From Promethearchaeota archaeon Loki_b31 (lineage in GTDB: Archaea > Asgardarchaeota > Lokiarchaeia > Sigyniarchaeales > SOKP01), in contig NJBI01000035.1 in assembly GCA_005222975.1 (NCBI GenBank), positions 1 through 35,867 of the forward strand: a DNA stretch of 35,867 bases. Reading direction: 5' to 3'. The notes below the pieces were generated by a model, which was not told where the DNA came from, searched no databases, and saw nothing but the letters and a program-made list of their open reading frames with translations. How positions within the stretch are numbered: position 1 is the first letter of the stretch; the number at the start of each line of letters is the position of its first letter. The translations under genes were made by a program, and so were the position numbers. This document shows positions 18,732 to 28,085 of this stretch, one piece after another.

Positions 18732-20390
18732 ATGGAACGAAAAAATCGAGATTTGTCATGTAGTAGATATCCACAATTTTCCAAACAGAATAATAATCCA
18801 TGTTCTACTGATGAGACTATAGATTTCTATGCAAAAGATAATGATATATGTTCTACTGAAGAACCAAAAAAGTTAATAAATTCACTTATTAGTAAAGCTA
18901 ATAATAAAAAGATTAACCTTAAGGGTTTTATTTTTCTTGCTTCCCAGCCGTATATATCACAAGTAGAACAGACTATTTTTAAAAAAGCTATTATCATGCT
19001 TAATACTTTTATTGATAATGACGAATTTCCAAAATATATACCTACTACAACATTAACTCAATTAATGCTTGACGGAAAAACATATTTAACAAAACAAGAT
19101 CTTGGATTTCAAAAAGCAAAAGAACAATATTACGGAGGTATTATATACGACATTACATGTAAACTACCACTGCAGCTTTTTCCTAATTTTTCAGGAAAGC
19201 ATTATTTAGGACGGACTCATAAAAGAAAAATTAAGCGTTTAATGGAACATATTGATGAGGCATTAAAACCAGAAGATAGCAAAAATAGGTTACTATTACA
19301 AGCTATTCTTATAGCATTAGAACAAGAAGGATATAATATTGTTGAATTACAAAATGAATATAGCTCATTAAACCCATTTTTTAAAAATTTACTGTTAGAA
19401 AGACTTGTTTTGATACTTGTAGAAAAATATTTTGATATATATATTATAGAAATACACACAAATTATCATACTGCTCCTGCTAGAGAAAAATATTACATAA
19501 AAGATTATAAACATTCTGTTCATGACAGAATGACTGTAGGAACAAAAACTCCTAAAGGTCTTAATATGATCGAATCTGGAGGAAGTATTCATAAATATAT
19601 TACTTTACCATTATACGATATTGCATTTATGATTGCATTATGTTATAATGAAACAGAAATTGCGAAGATTATAAATTCTGAATATAAATTAAATTTAAAT
19701 TCCAAACAAATTAGTACCCGAGTAATTGATTTTTTTAAGGGGTTGCAAAATGCTAGAATATTATTTATAAAACCAATATTACAAGAGATCTTAACAGAAT
19801 TTCCCGATATTAAAAGGCGTGATTTTTCTGAAATATTAAAGTATTCTAGAGTTTTTTATCCAGAGTTAGAACTTTTTAAGATTTTTTTTGAAAATCTTAA
19901 TTTTAAACAATTAAAGCAGGTTATGCGACAAAAAGATTTTGATTGGGATAATTTAAAACAACTTGCAGAAGATCTTAGAGATATGACAAAAATTAGAGGT
20001 GTTTCTAAATCTCAATGGATTGAGTGGCTAATAAAAAACGAGTCTAATCTTAATATATGTAATAAAATTGGTTTAAATATAAAAGATAGTCATTCAGCTA
20101 CAACAACTATATCGAGAATTATAAATTCTTCAACAGAATTGATTGGTAGATCAAAAATGGAAGCTGTACGATATTATAGAAGAATAAAAACTATAGATTA
20201 TAAATTACGAGGTAAAACTCTGGAATGGATTTATACTCAGAAGTTTTTTCTTGAAAATATTGGTTTTTGGAATCTAAACAGATTTCATAATAAATTTTTT
20301 GGTTCTATAGTTTCCTATGAAGATTTAGATTCTATGGATATAGAAGAATTAATTAAAATTAAACACAATATTATTAAATATTTAGATTAA
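18732..20390 (+). CDS. GIY-YIG-like endonuclease with long helical (HTH-like) C-terminus
   Basis: GGIIYDIT...HYLGRT...RLMEH...REKYYI...PKGLN follows the GIY/YIG/R/E/N motif order of GIY-YIG nucleases. Confidence 0.6.
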   Translation: MERKNRDLSCSRYPQFSKQNNNPCSTDETIDFYAKDNDICSTEEPKKLINSLISKANNKKINLKGFIFLASQPYISQVEQTIFKKAIIMLNTFIDNDEFPKYIPTTTLTQLMLDGKTYLTKQDLGFQKAKEQYYGGIIYDITCKLPLQLFPNFSGKHYLGRTHKRKIKRLMEHIDEALKPEDSKNRLLLQAILIALEQEGYNIVELQNEYSSLNPFFKNLLLERLVLILVEKYFDIYIIEIHTNYHTAPAREKYYIKDYKHSVHDRMTVGTKTPKGLNMIESGGSIHKYITLPLYDIAFMIALCYNETEIAKIINSEYKLNLNSKQISTRVIDFFKGLQNARILFIKPILQEILTEFPDIKRRDFSEILKYSRVFYPELELFKIFFENLNFKQLKQVMRQKDFDWDNLKQLAEDLRDMTKIRGVSKSQWIEWLIKNESNLNICNKIGLNIKDSHSATTTISRIINSSTELIGRSKMEAVRYYRRIKTIDYKLRGKTLEWIYTQKFFLENIGFWNLNRFHNKFFGSIVSYEDLDSMDIEELIKIKHNIIKYLD

Positions 20391-20525
20391 AAATAAATAA
20401 AATAATCTAATACTACTATTAATAATAAAATTAATGATTTTAATATATACAAACTATGTTAAAAGTACAATAAATAATTTTAAAAACTGGAGTGAACCTT
20501 AATTTCAAATTCTGACACTATTAAT

Positions 20526-20957
20526 ATGTCAAAATCAACAAAAAAGAAAATGAATTGGAATCCAGAGCTAATTACCTTCTGTTGCAATTGGTGCTCTTAT
20601 GCGGGAGCTGATTTGGCAGGGGTTTCTAGATTTCAATATCCACCCAACATGAGAATTGTTAGAGTTATGTGCTCTGGAAGAGTCGAACCTTCTTTTGTTT
20701 TAAAAGCTTTAAAGGATGGAGCAGATGGGGTCTTAATAACTGGGTGTCACATTGGAGATTGCCATTACATAAGCGGTAACGAGTTTACGAAAGAAAGGTT
20801 TGAAAGATTACATAAAATAATAATTAAGCAATTGGGTATAAACGAAAAACGCGTTAGGTTGGAGTGGGTGTCTGCTTCTGAAGGTAAGCTTTTTGCTGAA
20901 TTAATTACAGATTTTACGAACGATATAAAACGATTAGGGCCGTTAAAAGTTTTTTAA
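20526..20957 (+). CDS. mvhD: MvhD [2Fe-2S] subunit, Cys-type
   Basis: FCCNWCSYAGADLAG, VMCSGRV, GADGVLITGCHIGDCHY and WVSASEG. Confidence 0.93.
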   Translation: MSKSTKKKMNWNPELITFCCNWCSYAGADLAGVSRFQYPPNMRIVRVMCSGRVEPSFVLKALKDGADGVLITGCHIGDCHYISGNEFTKERFERLHKIIIKQLGINEKRVRLEWVSASEGKLFAELITDFTNDIKRLGPLKVF

Positions 20958-21043
20958 GAAAATAAAGATGAATTTCTCTTATAATTATTATATTAGTTTT
21001 TTAGTCTTAATCGTTTTGACATTAAATTCAAATTGTTAGAATT

Positions 21044-21121
21044 AGATCATTTCTTTCTGGTAGAATCTTTAATCTTGATCATTAAAACACCTTTTTTGTC
21101 GCAAACAGATCATTTAAACAC
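21044..21121 (+). repeat. Three phased GATCATT direct repeats upstream of the third hdrA
   Basis: GATCATT at 21045, 21077 and 21108 (spacings 32 and 31 bp). Copies 2 and 3 extend to GATCATTAAAACAC and GATCATTTAAACAC (13/14 identical). Confidence 0.45.
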
Positions 21122-21285
21122 AATTCATTATCGAAACTCGCCAAGTTTGGTGCATAATATTTATATAAATGTTTTTACTTATTTATTGATTAACCAAACT
21201 TTTCTTAACTCATTTGTTAAGAATTATTATTTTAAAAAGAAAAGAATTTAAGGTATTTTTAATTCCAAAAGGAGCGTTATGAATA

Positions 21286-24048
21286 ATGGAAGGTTCTGTG
21301 TTGGTTATTGGTGGAGGAATTGCTGGAATTCAAACTTCTTTAGACCTAACTGAGTTAGGATTTAAAGTTTATTTAGTAGAAAAAGAGCCTACAATAGGAG
21401 GTCATATGGCTCAATTCGATAAATTATTTCCCGCACACGATTGTAGTTTATGTGTCCTAGCTCCCAAAATGGTTGCAATATATAAGAATCCTAATATTGA
21501 GCTATTTACTTTATCTGAGGTAAAAATGGTCTCTGAAAGTTCAGGAACTTTTACAGCAACAATAGTTAAAAAGCCACGATATATTGATGAAACAAAATGC
21601 AGAGGATGTGGTGATTGTGCAGCAAAGTGTCCTAAAATTGAAGTTCCTAATCTTTTTGATATGAATTTAGGGAAAAGAAAATCAGTGTACATTCCATTTC
21701 CACAAGCTATCCCTCCAGTTTACCTAATAGATCCTGAATTATGCTTATATTTGAACCGGGAGGTATGTGGGGTTTGTAAAAAGGTTTGCAAAGGTGAAGC
21801 AATAGATTTCAATCAGGAACCTCAGGAGATTAAATTGAAAGTTGGAGCAATTGTAATAGCTACTGGTTTTGATATGTATGGTGAAGAATTATCTGAACAT
21901 TGGGGATATCAATATAAAAATGTTGTTAACGCCTTAGAGTACGAAAGAATCTTATGTCCTACTGGACCATTTGGTGGTAATGTATTACGTCCTAGTGATG
22001 AAAAAGAACCTGATACGATTGTATTCATACAGTGCGTTGGTGCTGGTTATAAAGAAAAAAGCGTTTCGTATTGTTCACGAGTATGTTGTATGTATACTGC
22101 TAAAAATGCAATACTGACAAAAATCTATTCGGAAAACATAAATGTTACTGTTTTTAGGCATAACATCAGAGTTTTTGGTAAAAACTTTTATGAATATACA
22201 AAAGAAGCTCAGGATAATTATGACATTAAATATTATCGCACTAAAATTAAAGAAATTAAAGAAGATTCAGAAACTAATGATTTGATAATTCATTATCAAA
22301 ATTTGAAGACAGGTGAGGAAGAAGAATATAGAGCGAATATGGTAGTTTTAGCGGCACCATTAGTTCCCTCAAAAGGAACAAATGAATTATCAAAAGTTTT
22401 AAATGTCGATCTAGATAATTATAATTTCTTTAAATCAAGATCTTTCATTGATAATTCTTTATCTACGAGAGATAGAATCTTTTTATGTGGACTCTGTCAA
22501 AGCCCAATGAATGTATCAGAAACAGTAAGTCATGCGAGTGGCATAGCAGGACAAGTAGCGGTATTATTGAAAGATGCAAAATATTCGCAGATTACAGAAA
22601 GAGAAATTGGTATATTTCCAAAGGAAGAGGTTATAAAGATTACTCCAAAAGCGTTAATAATAGGCGGTGGAATTTCAGGAATGACCGCAGCATTAAACAT
22701 TGGATCTCAAGGATTTCAAACAATTATTATCGAAAGAGAGAAAATTTTAGGGGGAAATTTAAATCAGATTAATATTATCTATCCTGGTCAACATGCAGCT
22801 TTTGAATTTGTCAAAAGTATTAAAGAGAAAGTTAACAAGCACCCTAATGTCAGCGTGTACTTAGAATCTAAAATTAAGAGTATTGATGGTTCAATTGGTA
22901 ATTATGAGATAAATTTTTTTGATAAAAATGAAAAAACTCATATCGATAAAGTAGGAATAATCATAGTGGCTACTGGAAGTCAAGAATTAAAACCGCATGG
23001 AAATTTTCAATATAGTAAAGAAAATGAGAATATAATTACTTTATTAGAATTGGAATTGAGACTAAAAAAGCAAGATATGACTTGGCTTGATGAAATAAAA
23101 CATATTACAATCATTTTATGCGTAGAATCGAGGCAAAAAGAGGGGTTTTCTTATTGTTCTAATGTATGTTGTAGTAATGCTATTAAAAACATTAAAATCT
23201 TAAAAGAACTTAAGCCAAACCTCGAGATTCTAGTGCTCTTTAGAGACCTTCATATGGCTAAGAAAGAATTCGAGGATATTATGAGTGAAAGAAAAAAATT
23301 AGCTAATTATATGAGATATAATCTTGAAAATTTACCAAAGATAAGTAAAATAAACCCAAATCCTGAAAAGTATAAAATAAACCTATGTGATGATACCAAT
23401 CCTAGTAATATTCTCGATTTTAATACTGATCTTATAATATTATCTACTCCTATGGTTCCACCTGAGGCTATAGAAGATTTATCAAGTATGCTTAATGTTC
23501 CTTTAGATGAAAATGGTTTTTTTATTGAAGCTCATAATAAATTACGACCTTTAGATTTTGCTACAGAAGGTATTTTCATATGTGGTTGTGCTCAATGGCC
23601 AAAGAACATTCAAGATTCGATATCACAGGCAAATGGAGCTGCAGGTCGTGCAAGTAGATATTTAAGTATAAAAGAAATAACGAAGACAAAATTAGAATAT
23701 CTTTCATTTATGCTATCAATTGAGTGTTTCTTCAAAGATATGATTGTAAACCCAGAGAAATGTAATGGATGCGGTCAATGTGTTGAAGTGTGTCAGTTTA
23801 AAGCGATTTCACTCGCAGATTTAAAACAAGAATATGAAGATGTGAGTTTACTTGTTAATAAAGCCTTTATTAATCCTGCTATATGTAAAGGTTGCGGAAG
23901 ATGCGCTGCAGTTTGTCGATTAAAGGCGATTGATGCCAGACACTATGATTTTAAACAAATCTCCTCAGTTATGGATCCCTATTTCTTAAAAAAAGTAAAA
24001 AGTGAAGAAAGCTTGAAAGATAAAGAAGGAATTAGCGCTATGAATTAA
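21286..24048 (+). CDS. hdrA: HdrA-like protein with two FAD modules (Cys-type), 920 aa, lacking the internal Cys-rich domain
   Basis: Colinear with 13329-16421 (MEGSVLVIG.GIAGIQTSLDLTELG..., EAH.KLRPLDFAT.GIF). GGAG SD before the ATG. Confidence 0.88.
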   Translation: MEGSVLVIGGGIAGIQTSLDLTELGFKVYLVEKEPTIGGHMAQFDKLFPAHDCSLCVLAPKMVAIYKNPNIELFTLSEVKMVSESSGTFTATIVKKPRYIDETKCRGCGDCAAKCPKIEVPNLFDMNLGKRKSVYIPFPQAIPPVYLIDPELCLYLNREVCGVCKKVCKGEAIDFNQEPQEIKLKVGAIVIATGFDMYGEELSEHWGYQYKNVVNALEYERILCPTGPFGGNVLRPSDEKEPDTIVFIQCVGAGYKEKSVSYCSRVCCMYTAKNAILTKIYSENINVTVFRHNIRVFGKNFYEYTKEAQDNYDIKYYRTKIKEIKEDSETNDLIIHYQNLKTGEEEEYRANMVVLAAPLVPSKGTNELSKVLNVDLDNYNFFKSRSFIDNSLSTRDRIFLCGLCQSPMNVSETVSHASGIAGQVAVLLKDAKYSQITEREIGIFPKEEVIKITPKALIIGGGISGMTAALNIGSQGFQTIIIEREKILGGNLNQINIIYPGQHAAFEFVKSIKEKVNKHPNVSVYLESKIKSIDGSIGNYEINFFDKNEKTHIDKVGIIIVATGSQELKPHGNFQYSKENENIITLLELELRLKKQDMTWLDEIKHITIILCVESRQKEGFSYCSNVCCSNAIKNIKILKELKPNLEILVLFRDLHMAKKEFEDIMSERKKLANYMRYNLENLPKISKINPNPEKYKINLCDDTNPSNILDFNTDLIILSTPMVPPEAIEDLSSMLNVPLDENGFFIEAHNKLRPLDFATEGIFICGCAQWPKNIQDSISQANGAAGRASRYLSIKEITKTKLEYLSFMLSIECFFKDMIVNPEKCNGCGQCVEVCQFKAISLADLKQEYEDVSLLVNKAFINPAICKGCGRCAAVCRLKAIDARHYDFKQISSVMDPYFLKKVKSEESLKDKEGISAMN

Positions 24049-24103
24049 TTAATAAAAAATTAAACAAAAAAATTAGAGAGTAAATTAAATTTTTTCAACT
24101 TTT

Positions 24104-25318
24104 CTATTTGTTATCAATTTTTTTTACTAATGTATATAGTAGTGTTAGTACAAAAAGTAGTATCAAAGAAACCATAAGAATTATCATATATACTAAGGAA
24201 ATTCCTCCTGAATTAAAAAAAGGTTCATAAATCATTGGAACAAAAGCAATTCCGATAAATTGAAACGCCGTAGTTAAACCCGCGAGAGCACCACGCCTTT
24301 CTATTGATAATGTCTGGCTATAAAACATAACTAATGTCATTAATATTCCCCCCGCGAAACCCATAAAGAGCAGTCCTAAGGAAGTGAACGGAAGCGCTTC
24401 GAAACTGTTATTACCGAAAAATACTAAAATTATATTAGCGATAAATAATGAAATCAATCCTATCGTTAAAGCAAGTTTTACGCCTTTTTTCTTAATAGTG
24501 AATCCAGTTAAAAAACCCCCTAAAAAACCCATTGCTCCGAATAAAGCAATGACTATTCCTGAAATCGTCTCGGGGATTATGTGCGTAAATGATCGCGAAG
24601 TCCAGATTATAGTAGCAATAGAAGTATGTGATAGTAAAAATGCAGATATAACCAATAAGATAACTGGTAAGCGACGAATTTCTTGAGCTAAATTGGTGAA
24701 AAATGCTCGAATTCCTGCATCACTTTTAGTTACTGATTGATTTCTTCTTAATGTAAAAATAATTAGGATTCCTAATACTGAAATACTCAAAAATATTAAG
24801 TACAAATATCTCCAACCTATATTAATTATTAGTCCCGCAAGTAATGGTCCAAAACCGACTCCTAAATTAGCAACAGCACCTAACAAGCCTATTTTCTTGG
24901 AAATTTTAGGTCCGGGAGTGATATCTGTAAGCAAAGCTATTAAAACAGGATTAACAAAACCGAAACCAATTCCCGCTAAGACATTTGCAATAACAAAAAC
25001 TGTCAACGAGAAGGATAACGATGCTACGATCATTCCTATTCCAAAAACAGATAAACCTAAAAGAATCACAGGAAAACGACCTTTAATATCTGAAATAGCT
25101 CCTGAGAATAGTTGAATTAAGGCAAATGGGAACATAAATGATGGAATAGCAATCAATAACGCGCTTGGAATTACTGAAAATTCTAAAGAAAGAACACCAA
25201 ATAAAACTAAAATAACATTTCCTGTTAGGGGACCTAGTGCAAAAAGTATAAAGATAATTACTTCGATTCGCTTTGATGTTTTTTTCGGTTCCATATTCAT
25301 GACGATTAATCTATTCAT
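24104..25318 (-). CDS. MFS transporter (drug/H+ antiporter-like)
   Basis: About 12 hydrophobic segments and motif A GAISDIKGR. Confidence 0.85.
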   Translation of the reverse strand: MNRLIVMNMEPKKTSKRIEVIIFILFALGPLTGNVILVLFGVLSLEFSVIPSALLIAIPSFMFPFALIQLFSGAISDIKGRFPVILLGLSVFGIGMIVASLSFSLTVFVIANVLAGIGFGFVNPVLIALLTDITPGPKISKKIGLLGAVANLGVGFGPLLAGLIINIGWRYLYLIFLSISVLGILIIFTLRRNQSVTKSDAGIRAFFTNLAQEIRRLPVILLVISAFLLSHTSIATIIWTSRSFTHIIPETISGIVIALFGAMGFLGGFLTGFTIKKKGVKLALTIGLISLFIANIILVFFGNNSFEALPFTSLGLLFMGFAGGILMTLVMFYSQTLSIERRGALAGLTTAFQFIGIAFVPMIYEPFFNSGGISLVYMIILMVSLILLFVLTLLYTLVKKIDNK

Positions 25319-25412
25319 TTTTTAACAAGTATACAATAAAAAATATGTGTCTAATATTAAACTCTGTGCATTAAAAGATAAAAATAAAAAAAAAGAGAAA
25401 TATTATTTAGAT

Positions 25413-25886
25413 TTATGAAATTTGAAGCGCGATTTGAGAGAAAAAGGTGGTAACCATTATAACAAACAAAATAGCGCTAGCAAGGATAAGATATATCCGT
25501 CTTGATTTTTCATCAAATTGATCGTTTAGAGCAAAACTAAAAAATGCTATGACAATAAAGAATAATCCGATATTTACCCCTATTCTCGCAATATTTCCGA
25601 CAATAACTACTTGAAAATCCATCCAATAATAAAGAAGAGTAGTTCTTTCAAGCTTTTCGATGTAGTCGTTATAACCATATAATCCTTGCATGTAATTCAT
25701 TTTGTTTTGTTGGTTTTCTATAAGGAACCATGTATAAGCGTTATCTGCGATAGATTTACTGATCATGAGTATTGTACCAAACATTATTGCTACTAATAAT
25801 CCATAAATAAGGAACTTAGTGGCCTTTTTCTTGTCCATTATTGGTAACAAGTCATACAACTTTACTTTTCTATCTTCCGTCCCCAT
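25413..25886 (-). CDS. Hypothetical membrane protein (about 3 TM)
   Basis: 157-aa ORF with three hydrophobic helices, 6 nt downstream of the gene at 25893-26567. Confidence 0.7.
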   Translation of the reverse strand: MGTEDRKVKLYDLLPIMDKKKATKFLIYGLLVAIMFGTILMISKSIADNAYTWFLIENQQNKMNYMQGLYGYNDYIEKLERTTLLYYWMDFQVVIVGNIARIGVNIGLFFIVIAFFSFALNDQFDEKSRRIYLILASAILFVIMVTTFFSQIALQIS

Positions 25887-25892
25887 TTTATA

Positions 25893-26567
25893 TCACCTAA
25901 GATAATTTGCTTTTAAAACTGATATTAAAGCGACCATAAGGTAAATCAAGATAATGAGTACCCCTATTAGAATAAAAATATTATATAACGTTTCTCCTGG
26001 GCCATCTACTTTTATTTGGATGTCAAATAAGACGTTTATATCGGAAGCTGGACCACTATTTGAGCCATAAACGACTACATAGTAATCACCTGGCCAAGAT
26101 ATCAGTGAATAACCAGCTGTATCTCCCATAAATTCTATATAGAAATATATTCCATCGTTAGGCAAAGTTAAGGAATTAGCTTCATCTGTACTTCCTGCGG
26201 GAGAAGTACCATAGCCAAACTTAGAATAAACAAACTGCAAGCCAGTTACTCCGCTAGTAGTACTATTCATACTATAAGCTCTCTGGTACGCGCTGTTAGC
26301 TAAAATTATTATGGTGACAGTTGAATTTGGATAAAAATCAGAAATTACAATTATTAACTTTTGATCTTTATTGAGTGTTACTGGATAAGCGAACGCTTCC
26401 TTCATCCCATCCGCACTATCTTCTTTAATAATTTCAGTTTTACTGTCATAAATAGTCATTTTGTCGAGTACAATCCCAAACACAGGTCCTAGAATTAAAC
26501 AAATTGTTCCAATTCCCAAAATAATGTAAGCAGTCTTCTTTTTTAAAAATCTATTCGTTTTTACCAT
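25893..26567 (-). CDS. Hypothetical membrane protein: beta-rich domain between N- and C-terminal TM helices
   Basis: TM helices at both ends around a Ser/Thr/Gly-rich beta domain (PGDYYVVVY). AGGTG SD upstream. Ends in TGA. Confidence 0.7.
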   Translation of the reverse strand: MVKTNRFLKKKTAYIILGIGTICLILGPVFGIVLDKMTIYDSKTEIIKEDSADGMKEAFAYPVTLNKDQKLIIVISDFYPNSTVTIIILANSAYQRAYSMNSTTSGVTGLQFVYSKFGYGTSPAGSTDEANSLTLPNDGIYFYIEFMGDTAGYSLISWPGDYYVVVYGSNSGPASDINVLFDIQIKVDGPGETLYNIFILIGVLIILIYLMVALISVLKANYLR

Positions 26568-26784
26568 GTAAACACCTTAAAGGTTTTCATTATATTTTTT
26601 GTTAGATTTTAGATGTTATAATTTTAAAGTAGGTTAATTAGAAATAAAAATCTGCTTTTTAATTTTATTAACAGATAAATGAAAAAGCCAAAAATATTTG
26701 TTACAAAACAAATGATATAATAATAACTTAATATTTACATTGTTTCATAGAAATATTATTTTAAAATAGTATGGAGAATTTTTT

Positions 26785-28041
26785 ATGAAAGTTGATATTT
26801 CATATTCTGATTACATGTATGATATCGTTGATACCATTTGTAAGAGATTTGGTCCACGTTATTCATGCAGTCAAGCAGAACGAGATGCTAACCTATGGAT
26901 TAAAGATGAACTAAGCAAATTTTCAGATGAAACATTTATGGATGAATTTGAAACGAGACCTGCCATGTATCCCCAAGGTTTTATTAAAATTGCAGGAATT
27001 TTTGGAGGATTTTCTCCTATTTTTATGATATTTCAATTTCCCCTACCAATATTATCAGCTGTTTTTGTATATATTGGAATATGGGTCTTGTATTCTGAAA
27101 TGATGCTGATGAAGGGATGGATATGGCCATTTTTCAAGAAAAAAACTTCAAGCAATGTATTTGGTATTATCAAGCCTACTGGAGAGGTAAAATTTCGAAT
27201 CATATTTGAAGGTCACACGGATAGTGCCAAGGAGATGAATATAGCAAGTTATCCTCCGAAATTAAGTAAGCGGATTGCCGTAATAGGGTTATATTTCTTA
27301 GTACATACTATTATCTTTTCTTTATGGAAATTCATCTCGCAAATTATTGGAGAACCCTCAATTATATTATACGATTCAGTTATTATCTCTTGGACTATTA
27401 TTGATCTTGTCTACTTTTTATCACTTATTGTAATTTATCCCTTCTTCATTTGGTTATTAAAAGGGTTTTTGGGAAAAACAGTAGTATTAGGAGCGAATGA
27501 TAACTTAGCTGCTACAGCAGTCGCTTTAGCTATAGGTAAATACTTAAACCAAAATAGGCTTAAAAATGTTGAAATCTGGGTAGGATCACAAGGAAGTGAG
27601 GAAGTTGGAGATAAAGGAGCGGGTGCTTTTGTTAAAAAATACGGGGAACAAGGTATATTAGATAATTCTTATACAGTAGTTTTGGAATGTTGTGGGGCTG
27701 CAGAGGCAATGGCAATTATTGAAAGAGACATGCATAGAGCAGTATATGATAAAGAAATAAATCGCTTACTCGATGAGGCCTACAACACAGCAAAAACAGA
27801 AAATCCGGACATCTTGAAGTTAAAAAAAGTGAAACTCAGAATTGGTGCGTGTGATGCGTGTCAATACATTCACAAAGGATACAAGGCTTCTGCCATATTT
27901 GGAGTAGAAGAACATAAAAATAAAGCAGTTAATTGGCATTCGGTCAAAGATGCTCCCGAAAATATTAATAAAAAGGTTCTAAAAGATTTTCTCGAAGTTT
28001 CTTTAAAATTCATAGAACTTGTCGAAAAAAAATATAATTAG
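26785..28041 (+). CDS. Membrane-embedded M28-family metallopeptidase
   Basis: GHTDS, GANDNLA, GSEEVG and a terminal WHS zinc-ligand motif, with inserted TM helices. Confidence 0.85.
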   Translation: MKVDISYSDYMYDIVDTICKRFGPRYSCSQAERDANLWIKDELSKFSDETFMDEFETRPAMYPQGFIKIAGIFGGFSPIFMIFQFPLPILSAVFVYIGIWVLYSEMMLMKGWIWPFFKKKTSSNVFGIIKPTGEVKFRIIFEGHTDSAKEMNIASYPPKLSKRIAVIGLYFLVHTIIFSLWKFISQIIGEPSIILYDSVIISWTIIDLVYFLSLIVIYPFFIWLLKGFLGKTVVLGANDNLAATAVALAIGKYLNQNRLKNVEIWVGSQGSEEVGDKGAGAFVKKYGEQGILDNSYTVVLECCGAAEAMAIIERDMHRAVYDKEINRLLDEAYNTAKTENPDILKLKKVKLRIGACDACQYIHKGYKASAIFGVEEHKNKAVNWHSVKDAPENINKKVLKDFLEVSLKFIELVEKKYN

Positions 28042-28085
28042 ATAAATTAAAAAAAAAGAAAAAACGAAAATTTAGGTCTAAATTG

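Larger units (their letters stand above)
16430..20520. mobile_element. AT-rich accessory insertion between hdrA and mvhD (HEPN-motif gene plus GIY-YIG-like nuclease); boundaries approximate
   Basis: Two divergent non-metabolic genes and a ~570-bp very AT-rich spacer separate the usually adjacent hdrA-mvhD pair (compare the 5-nt gap at 8858/8864). No integrase, transposase or clear TSD seen. Confidence 0.45.

Noticed and set aside
20438-20464. dif/Xer-like site TTTTAATATAT-ACAAA-CTATGTTAAAA at the right island edge
   Set aside because: The spacer is 5 bp rather than 6, I found no partner at the left edge, and such arms arise easily in very AT-rich DNA.
21033-21251. 72-aa ORF between mvhD and hdrA
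   Set aside because: TTG start, no SD or motif, and it overlaps the phased repeats; more likely a regulatory spacer.
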